In this document: piece by piece, positions 1 through 15,264 of the stretch
Position numbering within the stretch: the stretch's first letter is position 1
Layout of the letters: each line of letters starts with the position of its first letter
Assembly: GCA_028534125.1 (NCBI GenBank)
Contig: CM052817.1
Span: 90,522,001 to 90,586,000 of the forward strand
Source of the DNA: Lama glama
Lineage: Eukaryota
Reading direction: 5' to 3'
Length of the DNA stretch: 64,000 nt
The notes under the pieces: generated by a model
The model's input: the letters and a program-made list of their open reading frames with translations, nothing else
Told to the model about the DNA's origin: nothing
The model's database searches: none
Program-made: the position numbers and the translations under genes

Positions 1-140
1 GAATAGTATTAAGGTCTAACAAACTTTCCCAACTTTCAGCCTCACCCTCATCTCTACAAGGCCTTTCTTGTGTGCACACAGTTATGAATGGCACCACAAA
101 GAAAATCTAATAGACTCCTTCCTTTCTCCTGTAAGACGTA

Positions 141-187
<47 letters not shown>

Positions 188-205
188 CGCGCACACACAC
201 ACAAC

Positions 206-239
<34 letters not shown>
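141..239. repeat. Compound microsatellite (TC)n(AC)n...(AG)n
   Basis: Directly visible; it accounts for ORFs 54..299 and 88..348. Confidence 0.97.
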
Positions 240-242
<3 letters not shown>

Positions 243-929
243 GCATGCAAACAGTAAATCCTGCTCAAAATCCTCCATTGAATTCCCATTTCTTATCAAA
301 TCAAATACAATTTTCTCAGCATGTCATTCAGGGACTCCTGCAATATGAACCTAGATTATCTTTCCAGCCTATGTTTTACCAATCTCCTGAGTGTATCTCT
401 TATTCCTAGGAAACAAGATTACTCACAGTTCCTGTGTCATTGGCGCTTTCTGATTATCTGATCCTGCCTCCTAGATAAGCAGAGAATCAGGGCCCTGGAG
501 TCAACTAGTCTAGAGTATGATGGGCTGTTAGATGCCTGCTTCAAAGAGAAGGGAGGGAGGGGCCTAGGAAGGAAGAGGTGTTCCTTGTAATCTTATCAAC
601 AGGCAGCTGGTGTGCAACTAAGAAAGTGATCTGAGCCAGATCATCTCTGAGTTGCCAATGAGAAAAGTCAGGCAGACCATCCAAATAAGTTGGCAGTTTC
701 AATGAGTGCTGCAGAAATGAGGGTTCTGTGATGAAACCAGGAAGACAGAGACAGGACCAGAAACATTTGACAGTGGAGGGGCTGAGATGCAGTCTAAAGC
801 CATATAAATGAGGGGAGGGATAAAATGAATTCCTACAGGGGCTGCTTCTCTGGGTGGCCGAGGACAGGGTTAAGGATGTAATGGAACTAAATGCCACCTT
901 GGTTCTCCTACTCATAACATTTTCTGCAA

Positions 930-1255
930 AGAGCATCTCCCTCCACTGGTTCCAATCAAACCCATTCTTCAAGACCCATCTCAAAGACCATCTTCTCCAT
1001 AAAACCTGTTCCTATCCCTTCAAAAGAAGTGACCTTCCCTCATTTTCATTTCATCAGACACAGTTCGTATTTCTCGATCACTTTTTTATGCTGACTGTGT
1101 ATTGCATTTTTTGGGTATATTACAGTCTTTGATTTATTTATCTTGTACCTTTACTATATTATATACACTGTAAGTTGTGGATGCGTTCTTTCTTAATATC
1201 AACTGTAGCAACTACAAACTCAGATGTGAAACCGTTGCTCAATAAATATTATTAA
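930..1255 (+). mobile_element. Degraded L2-like 3' fragment
   Basis: 'ccattcttcaagacccatctcaaa...' and a terminal 'gctcaataaatatt' resemble the L2 3' end; boundaries approximate. Confidence 0.5.
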
Positions 1256-4200
1256 CATTATTTTAACTAACATCTGTAGGGAACATTTGTAGGGAACAAA
1301 TATTTGCATGATCTACGGAACAAAGAAAGGGGTATCAGGGTCAGAATATTTCTCTGGATGTTCTTTCAGTTGGCCAGCATCACTGGCATCCCCACAATAG
1401 GTTTTATAGAGATAAATATTCAATATAAGCTGAATATATCTTGTTATCTACAGTTCTTCATGGGCCTAGTCAATCAATTTTCTAACTTGTCAGAATAAAA
1501 TTATTCACTATATTCTCATGATATATGGAAGGTATTTAATAAATATCACTGCAGAAATATAGAAATGTCCATTTTAATATTCTCTTCAGTTTTTCTTGGC
1601 ATAGCCAGGAAACTATTTCATCCCACCTAAAAGTCTGATACCAAGACTAATTTAGGTTATGTTTTGATTAAAATTTAGTCTGCTTTCTTACTTAAGTGAA
1701 CAATATATTTCACTATATTATCCTTTTGTGACATCCACCATTTTGGAAATACATGCTTAAAATATATATTTCACATAAACTAATGTAGGATCCACAGGAA
1801 AAATCTTATACTGCTGACATGAATAAAGCACTCCTTGAATAGTCTCTGTATTAGCTGCTAGGACAACTGAAGTAAAATTTTCAGCCAAGCTATAGCAAAG
1901 TCTATTGGACATTATGAAATATATTTTATGGTTAAAACTATCCCCAGATTTATTTTATTTTTTCTACTTATTTACCTATTCTCCAATTTTATTGCTTTAA
2001 AAATGGTATCCTATAAGCCCCTTTAAATACTTTTTATTTTAACAATGAAGGGTATAAATAATAAACATAAAATTAAAGTAATCCACTCTTATTTACAGTT
2101 TGATATCCTAAAGTCAAGTATATTACACAGGAACATAATATTATTAAGTAAAAAAGTAACTGTCACTTTTGGTATATTTTCTTAAAAGTAGAATAGAAGT
2201 TGAAGGGAGTCATTTATTCATTTTAATCTTTTTTTTCCTCTAAAGGGTAAGGTAAATAAAAGTTTCACCTGGCCACTTCACTTTTACAAGTCTATCACAA
2301 AGTATAAAGATAAGAAGTCTTGGCTTTCAAAATTCTTTGTAATACAGAGCTGGATGATTCTAAGAAATGCAGAGTGGTCGTATTTATTAAGGACCTTCGT
2401 TTCCAAGGCTACAGGCATGCATCAAGAAAAGAAACTATAACTCTGATACACTATTGGCTATTCAGCATTTGAAAGATCCTACACACCCTTAAACTATGTA
2501 GTTCTTTCACTAAAATAAGATGGAGACTTAGAACTTGAAGCTAATTAACAGCAAAATCATTGCAAATGTAATGAAATTTTGTCATAACTTCTTTTTATTT
2601 CCAAAACCTTCCTATTCCTAGTAATGCTATGACATATATGCTTTGCTTTTATTTGCATATCTTCATTTCCAATTAAAATGTTTCAAAAATTAATGTTGTA
2701 ACTAAAAACAGTCATTGAAAGGCCAGTGCAAAATATGAAGTTTCACAAAAACAGAATTTTTAAAAATATATGTTTAAACAAACTATGAGGCTTTTTATAA
2801 ACCAGTCATTTAAATGTGTGGAAGTGAGCAAATGTTTCATTACTGCTGACTCAAAAGAAGACACTTGCTGTGTGGGCAGAGAATGTGGAAGCTATTTGTG
2901 AAGGGAAGAGGGTGTCACCTAAATTAATGTGGTAGACTCGCCTCATAAGTCATCTCCACCACTCTGCTCCACTACACTGCTGGGAAGCGGAGAGGTCAAT
3001 ACTGCACTCATTTAGAACATAGAGAGCCTATTTATTTACTAACGGACTCATATCCCCTCATGTAGTCAGGATACAATAAGACTCAGATTAAAAGCTTCTT
3101 TAAGAAACCAGCCATTCAGGGAAGTAAATCAACTATTAAACTTGAACAAATATTTCAAAATCCTGCTTGCTATCCTCCGTTGCTGAATGCCATGACCAGC
3201 CTACCTATCCCAACAAGGTGGTCACCCACCGACTCAGATTTCAGTGCCGTTGAATGGTCTCCTCACCCCAATGCAATATATTGTTTCCCTTTTTATGTGT
3301 TCACTGAAGCCCTGATTTCTATTATTTTTCCCAAAATCCTTTAAAAAGGAACATGGCATTCCTTTGCTCAATTAGACTTAACAATTAAACTCATTTATAC
3401 GAAGGAGTGCTGTATTAAACGTGGTGGCCATGCCCTCAAAAAGCAGAGCGTGAAGGCGGTATGTGGAGAATATCAGAGGAAAGGAGATGCTGACCTAAGT
3501 GTCAAAAACAAACTTCACAGGGTCAGCATTTTGTTTTGGTTCATTTTTTGCTGAAGGTAAGAATATACTACATGTACTTAGGATAAGGATTGGAGGATTA
3601 GTTCTGAATATTTATATTGGTCACTTTTATTTATAGGAAATAATTGTGACTGGTTATACAAATAACTGAATATTGAATAAATGGCCTTCCTAGTCCTGTG
3701 GGCCAGTTTCCAACAGAGAACATATTCTTGGTACTATTTTGTTCCCATAGATGCACAAACAGTTGCTGCTTCAGTTTTCTTGCCCAGAGAATCAGTTCAT
3801 TCAGCACATCCATATGGTGCCCTAGATTCTACTGAAAAGTCAGTGAATCGTGGGTGAATGGCAGTGGACCACTTCTATGTCCTCATTTTCTTTTCCATTA
3901 TTTGGGATTTTAAAACTTTGATTTGAGTTCATTTTGATTGCTAATTATCAAGTTTCTGTAGCCAGTTAGGACTGCTGATAAGGATCTGAGAAGATGGTGG
4001 GAAAAGGCCAGAAGCTGGAAAAAGACTCAAGGCTGGTACAAAGATGTGACCAGCTGAGTTGCCCATTGCCTAATGCTCCAGAGAGATCCCTATATTAAAC
4101 CTTTTTTTTTGGCTAAAGTCTTTGTTTCAAAATCAAGCGAATTGTCTAACAAATTCTTTCAGATGACTTTTAAAAAAATACTCAATGAGCACCAATTATA

Positions 4201-5676
4201 CATGAAGCAGTATGACAGATTTTCAATTATAAAAATATTTAAGAAATATGATTCCTGTTTTCACAGAGCTCAGGGTCCTTATGGAAAGTCACCATGAAAG
4301 CAATACGGCTGAATAAAAACTTCTGTAATAACTAGTGGCAGGTTGTCAGTGCCACAGAAGAGATGATATTGTCTCACGAGGCACACAATGGAAGGGTTAT
4401 CTAGCAGGAGAAATAAAGACCTGTGAAAAGGTAGCATTGGAGGGGAGTCTTTTAAAAATGTGATTGAGAAATATAATGTGATTTCAACATATGAGAACCA
4501 GGGAATCAATTCCAATTCCTTACCAAGGGTCCAATAATACAATTTGGGGTTTATGTTTCCATCCTACGCACTCTTAGCTGTTTCATGTTTCTATTTAGGC
4601 ATTGTTCGCTGGTTGCCTGGAATCTTTGCCACCACATGTTCATTGTCTCTGTTCTTTTTTCATTTCTTTATGAAAAATGACTCAATAGATTTTCCTCATA
4701 GGTCTCTATCTCCCTCTAATTTTATCATCTTTAGGCCCTTCCTTGACCATTGGGAAGCTCTCTCAGTTCAGTGTAATGGTGCTCTCAAAAGGGCAGAGGC
4801 ATCAGACTTGGGGCAAATCAAAATTGGTTTCCCTACTCCCCTATGAGGTATGGTTAAAATGAACATCAAGAAAATCTATGAGGGAATGAAACAGAGGAGA
4901 TCTCACAAAAGCAACTGAAACAAAGCAGAGTGTAAGCCCCGCGTCTTCAGCTTGTTGAGGGGATGCTGTCAAAGCAGAAAGAGTGGGGACCTGGCCCTGG
5001 GAGTCTCTTCCCCCTTTTCTCCCTTGTGCTTTCCCTGTGATACAAATCCCCTGATACCCACTTCAGGCCTGGATTCCAGCCGCATCCCTGTGCTTGTAGA
5101 AGCCCTTCCAGCCAGAAGGAATAGCGGGGAACCAGCTCAGATGTCACAGCAGATAGGACAGCACATGGTGCAGAAGCGGAGCTGCAGAACAGACCAGAAC
5201 ACACGGGTTTGGGGGAGGGCTTTCGGCAACAGGAAGCAGAAGAAATCAAGAAAAGTACACACGACACAATCTGGAGCAGAAATGCCTCAGCGTGTTCAGC
5301 ATACATCCCCCCCCCCCTTCCCTCTCCGCCCATTCCTTCTTCAGTAACTGTCTCCTGGGAATTGATGCTGTATCACTTCCATTAGTTATATTTTCATTTG
5401 CCCAAACGTACTTTTGCTCTCAACCTCTTGACATAAGAAACAGGGTGGTAGAAAGGCCACTATTTTCCTGAAAAGTGGATTTCATCTTCAGAAACTTATT
5501 GAAAAGCTAACAATAATTCATTCCTATCAACCACTTCCAGAAAGTCAGGGAAGCAACAGCCCATCACCCTGACGGAAAAAGAAACATGATTTCTCTGTGA
5601 TTTTTAAATGTATGAAAAGAAAAATCTCTATTGCAGCATTGGCTGTAAACTACACAAAAGAAATAAATTGTTTTAC

Positions 5677-5977
5677 CAGAAATAGACTCACAGACATAGA
5701 AAACAAATGATGGTTACCAAAGGGAACAGTGGTGGGGGGAGAGATAAATTAGGAATTTGGGGCTAGCAGATACACACTACTATATAAAATAGATAAACAA
5801 CAAGAGCTTACTGTAGAGCACAGGAAACTAAATTCAAGATCTTAAAATGACCTATAATGGAAAAGAATCTGTAAAAGAATAGATATATATGCATATGTAT
5901 AACTGAATCACTTTGCTGTACACCTGAAACTAACACAACATTGTAAATCAATTATAGTTCAACTAAAAAAAAAAAAA
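5677..5977 (+). mobile_element. 5'-truncated L1 3' end, artiodactyl type
   Basis: cagaaatagactcacagacatagaaaac...ctgaatcactttgctgtacacctgaaactaacacaacattgtaaatcaa followed by a poly(A) tail. Confidence 0.88.
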
Positions 5978-6889
5978 CCTCTCTAGACATCTAAAAAAAA
6001 TCCTTCTGAAGATCGGATTAAGCTCCCAAGTTTTGCTGTGAGAATTAGTCAATGGCATCAGCAACCTGCTACTTCACGTGACAGAAACAGAGCAATTGTG
6101 AAAAATCCGCAAGTGCAACTAAATCGGGTTGTAATTCATTCAGGTAATCTTAGAAATCTCCTGAAAGTGGAAGACAAAAGAGGTAGCAAAGGGTACAGAA
6201 GTCTAGGCGTTCTGATTTTCATTACTACTGCACCAGCAGAGTTTGATTTTAAGTTGTAAAATTTCAGGATAAACTTTGGTTCATAACGTGTTCCCATTTT
6301 CAAGGACGTAAAGTTTTCTTATGCCAAAAACATAGTCTGCAATTACTGCAAGTCCTTTTCCCAATATTTTTGCTCTCCTTGACAAAAATACTTTGTTTAA
6401 CCCCCTTTCACACCCTTGATTTTTCTACCTGCTGGGATAAACTTGAGGGGGTGTATAAGCTTGCCAGCACAGTGAGCATTTCCAGTCATGAAAAAGCTGG
6501 CGGGAAACCAGCTGAAGGCAACACAAGAAAACAGGATGAACCAGTAGAATTATCTGAAACTTACATCATCCTCACTCAGGGGGTCAGTTCTGATTCTTTC
6601 TGTATCTCTTCATATTGTCTAGTACAGTATATGGCACAGAACAGGTTCTCAGAATTGCTGGGAGAAACTGGTTAAAGATGAACATTCTTATATTGTAAGA
6701 ATACAGTAAATTATACTTCATCTCCCACTTCTTTCAACATGGTCTTCACAGAAGCAAGACACCATCCTGCCACTTGGGACCTAAGCCTTGAAAAGTGGAT
6801 TTGCTAAGGTAGAGATCAATAAGACCAGTTACAGGATCAAAGAGTTCTGAAGTACGAGACCAGCAGTTTAAATCAAAATGTCTCTTCCA

Positions 6890-7035
6890 GGAGGAATGAT
6901 GTATAGCGGGAAGAGCACTGAGGTAGGAGTTGGCTGACAGAACTCTATCTTGACTAAATGTCATATTGAATGAATCGCTTTACCTTTCTAGGTCTCAACT
7001 TACTCATCTGTAAAATAGAACAAGTTGAGCCCCCA
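6890..7035 (+). mobile_element. MIR-family SINE fragment
   Basis: Degenerate MIR core 'tctcaacttactcatctgtaaaatag'. Confidence 0.6.
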
Positions 7036-9409
7036 AAACTTCGCTGTATGTCTAGGTGACACTTTTTAAGTAGCCTGTTGCCTTTCATCTAGTAAACCAA
7101 CGAATGTGAGAAACAGTCATCACAGAAGTCTTTCCAATCTACCTTGAATAACTAATAATCACAATAACTGAAATAAAAACGTGATGAAAGGGGGCCTTTT
7201 ATTTGAGTCCTCGCCCAGGAACTTGTCTTCTTCATCATTTTTTCCTCCTCTTTGTTACGCTGTTGGAACCTGCGGGAGAGTGTGTGCACGCACATCTGGT
7301 CCCACTTTGACTGCCACAAGGGCTTAGTTTCCGGGATTGCCCACAAGATTCAGTTTGTCTGCTTGTACCAGGGCTTGCATGACTTTCAGTAACTGCTTCC
7401 CTAATCTTCCAATATCACACTTTCAGAACATCACTTCCTCAGCAAGCCCCCATGTTAGTCTATGGTCTAATTTCTTCCACAAATTCTAATAAATTCTTTA
7501 TCCCATGGTACTTAGAGGAGCTCTGTTCTCCTAACTGAAAGCTGATGGTACAATGGCATGACAGACATATCATGTTGACCAGCAGTTACAGCCTCTGATC
7601 TGTTTTCATGCTTGGTCTCTACCTTTAAATCTTTGTCCTCGGTTTACTTTGAACTTCCCTGACAATGCAGTACGTTGAATCACTGCCTACCTGCATACAT
7701 GTTATTTACCAGGTGCAACAGAAGGTCTTGAAGACTGCTTCCTGCTAAAAGGAATTCCTTGTCTATTCTGTGAAGATGAGAATAGAATTAGGTATGAAAG
7801 AGAAATGTTTCTGGGCAGTTCTCTTTTTTAGCGCCCCTTCTAAAACTGCTCCTGAAGAGAAGAAGGAGACAGAAAAGTGGCTATCAGGAGGAACCCCTGT
7901 CATTGTTCCTGAGATCTTCACACAGGTTTAACATCCATTCATCCTCTCCTAAGAAAAATTAGGGTGAAATGCAGACAACAATAGGAAATTAAAAATAGAA
8001 ATGAACGAAGTATTTAGTTCATGAAAGGCGGTATATAATTCGATGTAAAACATATTTAAGAATAAAGCTAAAACTCTCTTTTTATTGACAAATAGACTTC
8101 AAACTGTTAAATGACACAGAAACATAATGACTAGTGTAAGTGAGGGGAGGTATGACTCCTCACTAGTTTGAAAGGCACTCTGACTTCTTTGTCCTATTGT
8201 CTTTCTAGTCCGTTTCTAAGTGCCGGTGCCCTATCAAATGCTCAAATGCAAATTCTTGAGTTCAAATAATTGTCAGCACTCTTCTGGACTCTTTTTTATT
8301 CCATCTTACATTTCTAAATCATGTTTACTTCATAACATTAAACTCAAGCCTGATGAAATCCCTTGACAAAAGAATCGAACAAGTTCAAATTGATCTCTTA
8401 AGTGGATCAATAGAAACTTAACTGAAATGGATTGGGGATTTTATCAAACTTGATGTAGTAGAACACTAATAAGATCACTTCCAATTCACACATATAGAAC
8501 TAAATTTTCAGCACAAATTGATCTGATTACTAAGGATGAATGGTCACCTTTAATAACGGATTAAGCCGGTAAAGAATTCTCTTTTTATACAAAAATCCTA
8601 TTTTTTTTTCTTTTAAACTATTACAGATTGCTTTCACTTTTCTTCCTCTTGCTGAATTTTACTCACTCCTTCCATGGTCAGGTTTGAGTTTAGGATTGTT
8701 TTAATTTTCATAATTTGACCTGAATTTTTAAAGTCAGAAATATCTTCTGATGTGTTCACAAAAGGGAATTTTGTAACAGCCAGAAAAGCCATGATAATAC
8801 AAATGTATTACTCCAGTAAACCATAACATCCCTAAAAGTTGTTTGTAAAATAATGCAAATAGTAGTTAGTAAAGCTGTCAGTACAACAGAGGATTGTCCA
8901 TTTGAGTGTTAGCCTTGTCCATTTTGTGACTATTAATATGATAATTCAGATACATGCTTCTCAGAGATCTGTTACATGTTAGAATTCATTAATATTATTC
9001 ATAAAATTTAGGCATGAAAATTTGATAATAAATCTTCCAGTTGGTTGGGGAAAAGACTTAATATAGTGATGAATAAAAGCCAAAGATTGTATTTCTTAAA
9101 AAAAAAATACCCTAATCTACCTCAAATCCATTTGAAATATTAGAAGATCCATCCATCCTTACCGTCACCTCTTCATTTCAACATTCAATGACTAGCCTCT
9201 GCAATGTGTCAAGTGTTGGCTACAGAATGCACCCAACAAGTTTCACTCTTCTTCAACCAAGAGGAAGAGTGTTGCTGTGAAATGCTCAGATCCTAGGAGA
9301 TTTTATTGGACACTTTGCTAGTGAATGCATGTGGATGTACATTTTCCAGACCTTTTCTTCCTGGAATCATAGAATAATGCTCCATGACCTAAATCCCATG
9401 AGAAAATCA

Positions 9410-9535
9410 GTCTCTCTATCACTGTCTCTTCCTTATCCCTCCCTCCCTCTTTCTCTCTCCTTCCTTCCCTCTGCCCCCTTCCTTCTGTCCTTCTCTTTCC
9501 TTCTGGTATGTCTCTCTTTGAGTCTTTGCCTCTAT
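9410..9535. repeat. Pyrimidine-rich low-complexity tract
   Basis: CT-rich run; accounts for the overlapping ORFs at 9318-9641. Confidence 0.85.
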
Positions 9536-10949
9536 TGATTCCAGCTTCCCCCATCTTACCTTCTGTAAATGGATCCAAAAGCAGAAAACACCTAAGAAAA
9601 TGTTCAACACTCAGCCAAGGCTCTGTAGCTTGTTCATGCACTCTCTTTTGCTTACTATTGGGTGTGCTCTGAATTAGAAGTTCTTAAACAAATTTGTGCT
9701 TCAGTAGGGAAATAACAAGGTAAGATATTTGGTCTACTTTACTTCTAGGTTCTTAGAACCTAGATGGTTCAGATGGAGAAAATCCCATCTAAAAAGTTCT
9801 CTATCTTTTGGGTTCAAGATAACTTGCAGGAGTTTTATGTTGGAGTATAGATCTAAAGCCCTGGAAACTCCTGCAGTGTCCTTTTCTTTTCAGGTACTGT
9901 CTCTGTTCATCTTTGCCCAGAAGCAAACACACACTCACAAAGGCTAGTTTGTCCAGTGTAGATCTGTATGTGTATGTGGTCTTAAAACTAATACCACCAT
10001 AAAGTCTGCTAACATCTTTCAACACTGGGAACTATAAGAAATATGAAAATGAATAAGATATTATAAACACTCTCAAGTGACATGGAATTATCCTCGATTT
10101 TCCTGAAATCAGTCTGCCTTAGTTGTACTCTTTTTCTTACATTGTTTTTGAAAATAACTTTATCATATTTTTTCTAAATGTAAAAGTAATGATGTGCTTA
10201 TTGTTAAATAAATATTTGGAAAATACAGAAAACTACAAAAAAAAAGAAATTAAAACACATATAATCCCACAACCCAGAGAAAATCACTATGTTTTAGAGA
10301 ACCTACTGTGTTTACGTCAACAAGTTCTGAGGCTAAAGTGTTAAATAGGAAATTTCTTTCTATTTTTAGACCACAGCCCACATAATGGCCACATGTTTTG
10401 CATTTTCAACACAAGGAAAGGACACTTTTTCAGGAAGAAGCAGATAGAAGAATATTTAAGATATTTAAGAGACAGAGAATAGTTACCTCAATTGTTACTA
10501 AGAGCTCACTGGTCCCATTCCCATTCCATTCACCCACCCTACCTGGTTATGTGGGAAGGCATTCAAAGAGGAGAGTGGGTACATATAAATGGCATAACCA
10601 TCCATGAGAAAGAGGATGCTTCAGCCTACTGACAGTACCAGGCCACTCTGGCTCAGCACAGATGAAGCCCCTGTCCATTTTCAATTGGATAACAATACCT
10701 CTTTGGCTTTGGGCAACCCATCTCCTAGAGGTACATTAAGTGAAGTATTCCCACCTCTTCTTGAATAAGGAGTGAGGAAGTTCTGTGGGGAAACAGGATT
10801 TGAGCTCTTTTGAGAAGCCAAAACCACAGTAAAGGGTATGACATGAGTATGGGTAATGAATGGCGAGTAATGGCAAAAGTTATTTAATGTGAGACAGTGG
10901 AGGAAATGAGAGATGAGGGGCATGACTTACTGTGAGATCAAATTTTATT

Positions 10950-11303
10950 ACTTCCCTCCTCTCAGTGCGCCTCCTGGAGGTGCGCTCCCACAGCCCCACT
11001 TTACTGAGTGCGGACTCACTCTGGCCAAGTGAATGTGCACGGGGTGGTGTGAGTTAATGGGATGCAGAGGCTTTAAGAGCCTCTGTGTAGTTTGCTATGC
11101 CTCCTTCCTCTCTGCAGTGACGGTATTCCAGACAGAGATGGTTCCAGCACCCTAAGATCTAAAGGAAATACAACAAGGAGCAGAATCAGAGCTGAGCAGT
11201 GGAGGATATCAGCATGAGAGGAATGCACATTTATGGTTATAAGTTAACAGGATTTGTGTGTTGTTTATTATCATCGTCTACAATAACCTGTTCTGATGGA
11301 TAT
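10950..11303 (+). mobile_element. Old MLT1 (MaLR) LTR fragment
   Basis: Ends 'ttataagttaacaggatttgtgtgttgttt...taacctgttctgatggatat', similar to MLT1 3' termini; boundaries approximate. Confidence 0.55.
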
Positions 11304-14142
11304 ATGCCACGTGCCAAAAATTTCACAGCCAGATGAGGGAAGAACAGATGACACCACCACAAGAAAGGGTAAAGCAAAACCCAGATGGAAAAACTGAGCT
11401 GCAAAAGAGATTTGGTTTTTTACCAAAGAGTGAAGCGTGAATTCCTGGAAGCTGCACTGACTTAGTGCTTTCACTATGTATTTGTTTTTGATTCATACAT
11501 TATTTTTACTCCACATCATACTGTGAGCATTTCTCATGCTTTAAACATTTTTGGAAAACAACGTTTTTAATGCTTATGTTCTATCCCATTTATTTACTTT
11601 TTGTGCCATTGACATTCATCTCCTATTTACCATTGCAATGATACTATAAAAGACATCATTATGTCTGTACTCAAGTTTTGAGTGTATTTTATAACCTTAG
11701 TTGACTGTGAATTTTACTTATTTAAAGTCTCCTTTTGTACTGTCTCTTGCATTAAATTGTAGCTCCTTATATGCACAAATTTTGTTTGTTATTTTCTCTT
11801 CATTTCCCTTGATGCTTATTCCAGTAAATTACACAGAGCTGATGCATATAATAATTATAACTAGCAAACTAACCAAATAGTGCTATGAGCATACTTTACT
11901 CTGACTCTCATAAAGATAATTGACAGGATGGTGGAATGTTTTCTTAACAATAGCTGCTGTGTGGGTGATGTAACTGCATAAACATTTATAGGTACTCATA
12001 GGAAGGTTAATTCTGAGTTTTATTCTACATTTGATATATATGTCCAGGCGCTCATCAAAGTTCTTTAGAAGACAACTTAAGAAAAATGGCAAAAGCTAAT
12101 ATTTTCATACATCCAAATTCCTGTTTCCCTTCTCATTCAATAACTAAAAGCTATTAAACACAGTAAGATTTTACAAAGTCAAGATCATAACTGATTCAGT
12201 TGTAAAATAGAGAAGTCTATGAATGAAAGAAAAACTAAAATCTGTATAACTAATCATCCGTAGATGACACCTATTCATGCAGACAATCTAGATAATTCCA
12301 AAAGGGGGTGAAGGGAGAGAACTGAGCTTCACTCCAATTACCATGTCTGCTATACAATTAGACCCTAAATTCACCATATGTAAGGTACGCATGAGGCAGA
12401 GTAGGGCGAGAGTTGAGAATGACAGCCTAATCTCTAAGTTGAGCAACACAATAAATGGTGATACGATTCTCTAAGAGAGAGAAATCCAGGTTGAGGGGTT
12501 GAGTTGAACGGGAAAAGACTCATGTAGTCGTGGACATGTGGTTAAATGTGAGACCAGGGTGTTGGATGTGTACATGCACGTTTAAGCATTTGTCCATTTG
12601 CTTGTAATTCCCGACACTTATCAACCTGGTTGGTGCAGTATCTAATCTTGTTCGTTAGCAGGTTACATCCTGTGATTTAAACTTACAAGAGAACAGAAAA
12701 GCAGTGGAGAAATAGGAAAATGTTTTACCAAGGCAGTAAAGTAGTGAAAAATAAATGCTTACACAATAATATGCTTTAACTCATTTGGAGTAAGTGCTGG
12801 CCATTAAATATCGTCAAAACAGTTATCATGCTGCGAATTACAGGGTCTTAAACATCGCTTTAACTGATATTTGACTTGTTACAGTGTAATGGTGGGTGGA
12901 GAGAGGAGTATCACAATAAATAATTGAAGATAAATTCGAAACCTGTCAGCAGTGATTTCTTACATGTTACTTTCATTTAAACACTGAAAGAAATGACAAA
13001 GGCATAAATAGAAAGCCAACTTAATGAAGTCTTTTTTTTTTTAATACTGTTCAGTAATGCTGAATCTAAACCAGTTTCCAGACAAGATTATTTCAGCACT
13101 GAAGTCAGATCTCAGGACTGGTCTGCCTGGATCGAAACTGAGATGCACTGCTAGAATTGTCTTTATTAGAATGAGTCCGAAAGGTCAATATCTTCATGTC
13201 AGCTACTTTCTGCGTTTTTTCAACGTGATGGTGTTGGCAAAATCTTTTCAATTTACAAGATTTATTCTGTAGCTAAACATGTGCTGCAGATTAGTGTATA
13301 CTGTACACCAGAGTTTTGAGTGTAGCAATAAATTTACATAAAGAAACACTTGAAACTTTCAAAGCTTAGGGCCTCCAGCACAAGTTAGTCTACTTTTAGC
13401 TTCTAAGAGTGCTTCTATCTGAACTGCCATTGATCTAAATTTACATTGTCATTGCAAAATCAAAGCAAGTCAAAGATTATGCTGTGTTGAATTCCCATAC
13501 TCTAATAGTTGTCTATGAACAGAAGTTGCTTCAAGAAAGTCAGCTGATACTGGGTATTAATCCATTCTTTTGATCATTTTATTGAGGATCTATTTAATGT
13601 CAGACAGCATGGCATATACTAACATAATCAAAATATTAAGTCTATCTTCCCTGTCTCTCTTGGGACCTAGATATATGGCTTGAACTGCAAATTTTAAAAT
13701 ACTAGGAAAGTCAAAAATTTTCTCACAATTAATATGATTCTAGAGCCCTACCTTATCTTGATGTCATCTTCTTCCAGATCCATCCATATCTGAAATTGAG
13801 TTCCCTTAAGAAGACACACATGCACACACACACATACGTACATACAATTTCTGCCCACTCTCAAGACTAGTACTGCTATTAAAAATGTAGTGTTCCCAAG
13901 TATAGGATTATATGGCAGAACGTCCAGCCTTCTCCCATCTCTCTAGTTCCCTGTGTCTCTCCCCCATTAAAACTCTCCCTTTTTCTCCACTCTCGTTCAT
14001 CTCTCAAGACCTAAGCAAATTCTTTTCCTACTTCCATACCGGACATCTCTGTCTTATTTCATTGAAATGTTCTGACTCAAACTAAAGTCTCTCTCTGGTT
14101 TGTGCCACTTTATTTCCCAATAAAATCTCTAATTTACAGAGC

Positions 14143-14342
14143 AAGGTTGTTCAACAGAACTTTCTGCAGTGAAGGAAACACTCAATATTCATCTCGTCTA
14201 CAGAGTAGCCACTAGTCATTTATGACTGTGGAATGTTTTTAATGTAGCTAGTATACATAAGGACTTGAATTTGTATTTAATTTTAATTAATTAAAGTTTT
14301 AACAGCCACAGGTGGCTAAGGTCTACCATATAGAACAGCACA
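14143..14342. mobile_element. MER3-like hAT-Charlie MITE
   Basis: tgttcaacagaactttctgcagtga...gtagccactagtca...ttaatttta...agccacaggtggcta...gaacagcac. Confidence 0.8.
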
Positions 14343-15264
14343 ACTCTAGATAAAGTAATCTCTGCCAAACATTCAAGTACTTGCTTAATAATCAGGGCTA
14401 TATAAGCAACCAAGTCATTAAGTATCTCTTTATAGACTTCATTTTCTTCATGTTAAATATTTTAAAGTCTTAATGAAAAGACACCAAGGACTGAACTATC
14501 AAACCAGACTCACTTGAATCAGAGTTTCACACTTTAGTAATAATTTTGAGTTTTAAATCAATCCATGGCACAGCCAAAGCAAAGAGAAGCCTTGGATCCC
14601 TAGGGCAGCTCCTCTGGTGCTTTGTTGCCACATCAGAATACCTGCCAGCCCTGATGAATTACTAATTAATGCATGAGATCAGTAATAATGTATGTGACTA
14701 CACTACCTACACAAAAAGGACCTATTTAAATCACAAAATATCTTTATTTTATACCAAATAGGTTTTATGACATTTCCTAGAAGGCCATGCCCACATATCC
14801 ATAGATTTCATTGCCCCCGGACCCACAGACTTCCATAAGGAATTGTTGACAGACCCAGTGCATCTGCTCAAGGCATTCCATAGATAAAACAGACTCTCCC
14901 AACACTAAATACCACCAGTGTGCTTCCCAGGAGTTCTGTAACTGGAATGTTTGTGAGAAGACTGACTGGGTCATCTTCGTTCTTTCTTGGAGGCATTTTT
15001 CAGGTAAAGGGAGAGAATGGACTGAAGACCTGATGCTTAACCATTTCCTTCCTACTCAAGAAATTGTGTGTCCACTGACACAGAGTTGAGTCCTAACTTC
15101 CGTGCATCCAGCAGTTAGGCAGCTACGGTGAGAATGTATTACTGGCCAAGCATCATTCAAGATGTAGTTCCATATCTGGTCCAAGTTCAGCAGTCCCAGA
15201 GGAGCACTGAAAATGAAATCATACCGTCACCTGCAGGTTACCTATACTATGGAGATCTAGGTTT

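Noticed and set aside
54..348. ORFs with THTHTH/ERERER and CVCVCV runs
   Set aside because: They are translations of the compound microsatellite.
2844..2853. TGCTGACTCA MARE/ARE-like motif
   Set aside because: Lacks the flanking purine of the full consensus and has no supporting context; likely chance.
4947..5347. Overlapping 128 and 131 aa ORFs on opposite strands in a GC-richer patch
   Set aside because: No recognisable protein similarity or exon structure; higher GC lowers stop frequency.
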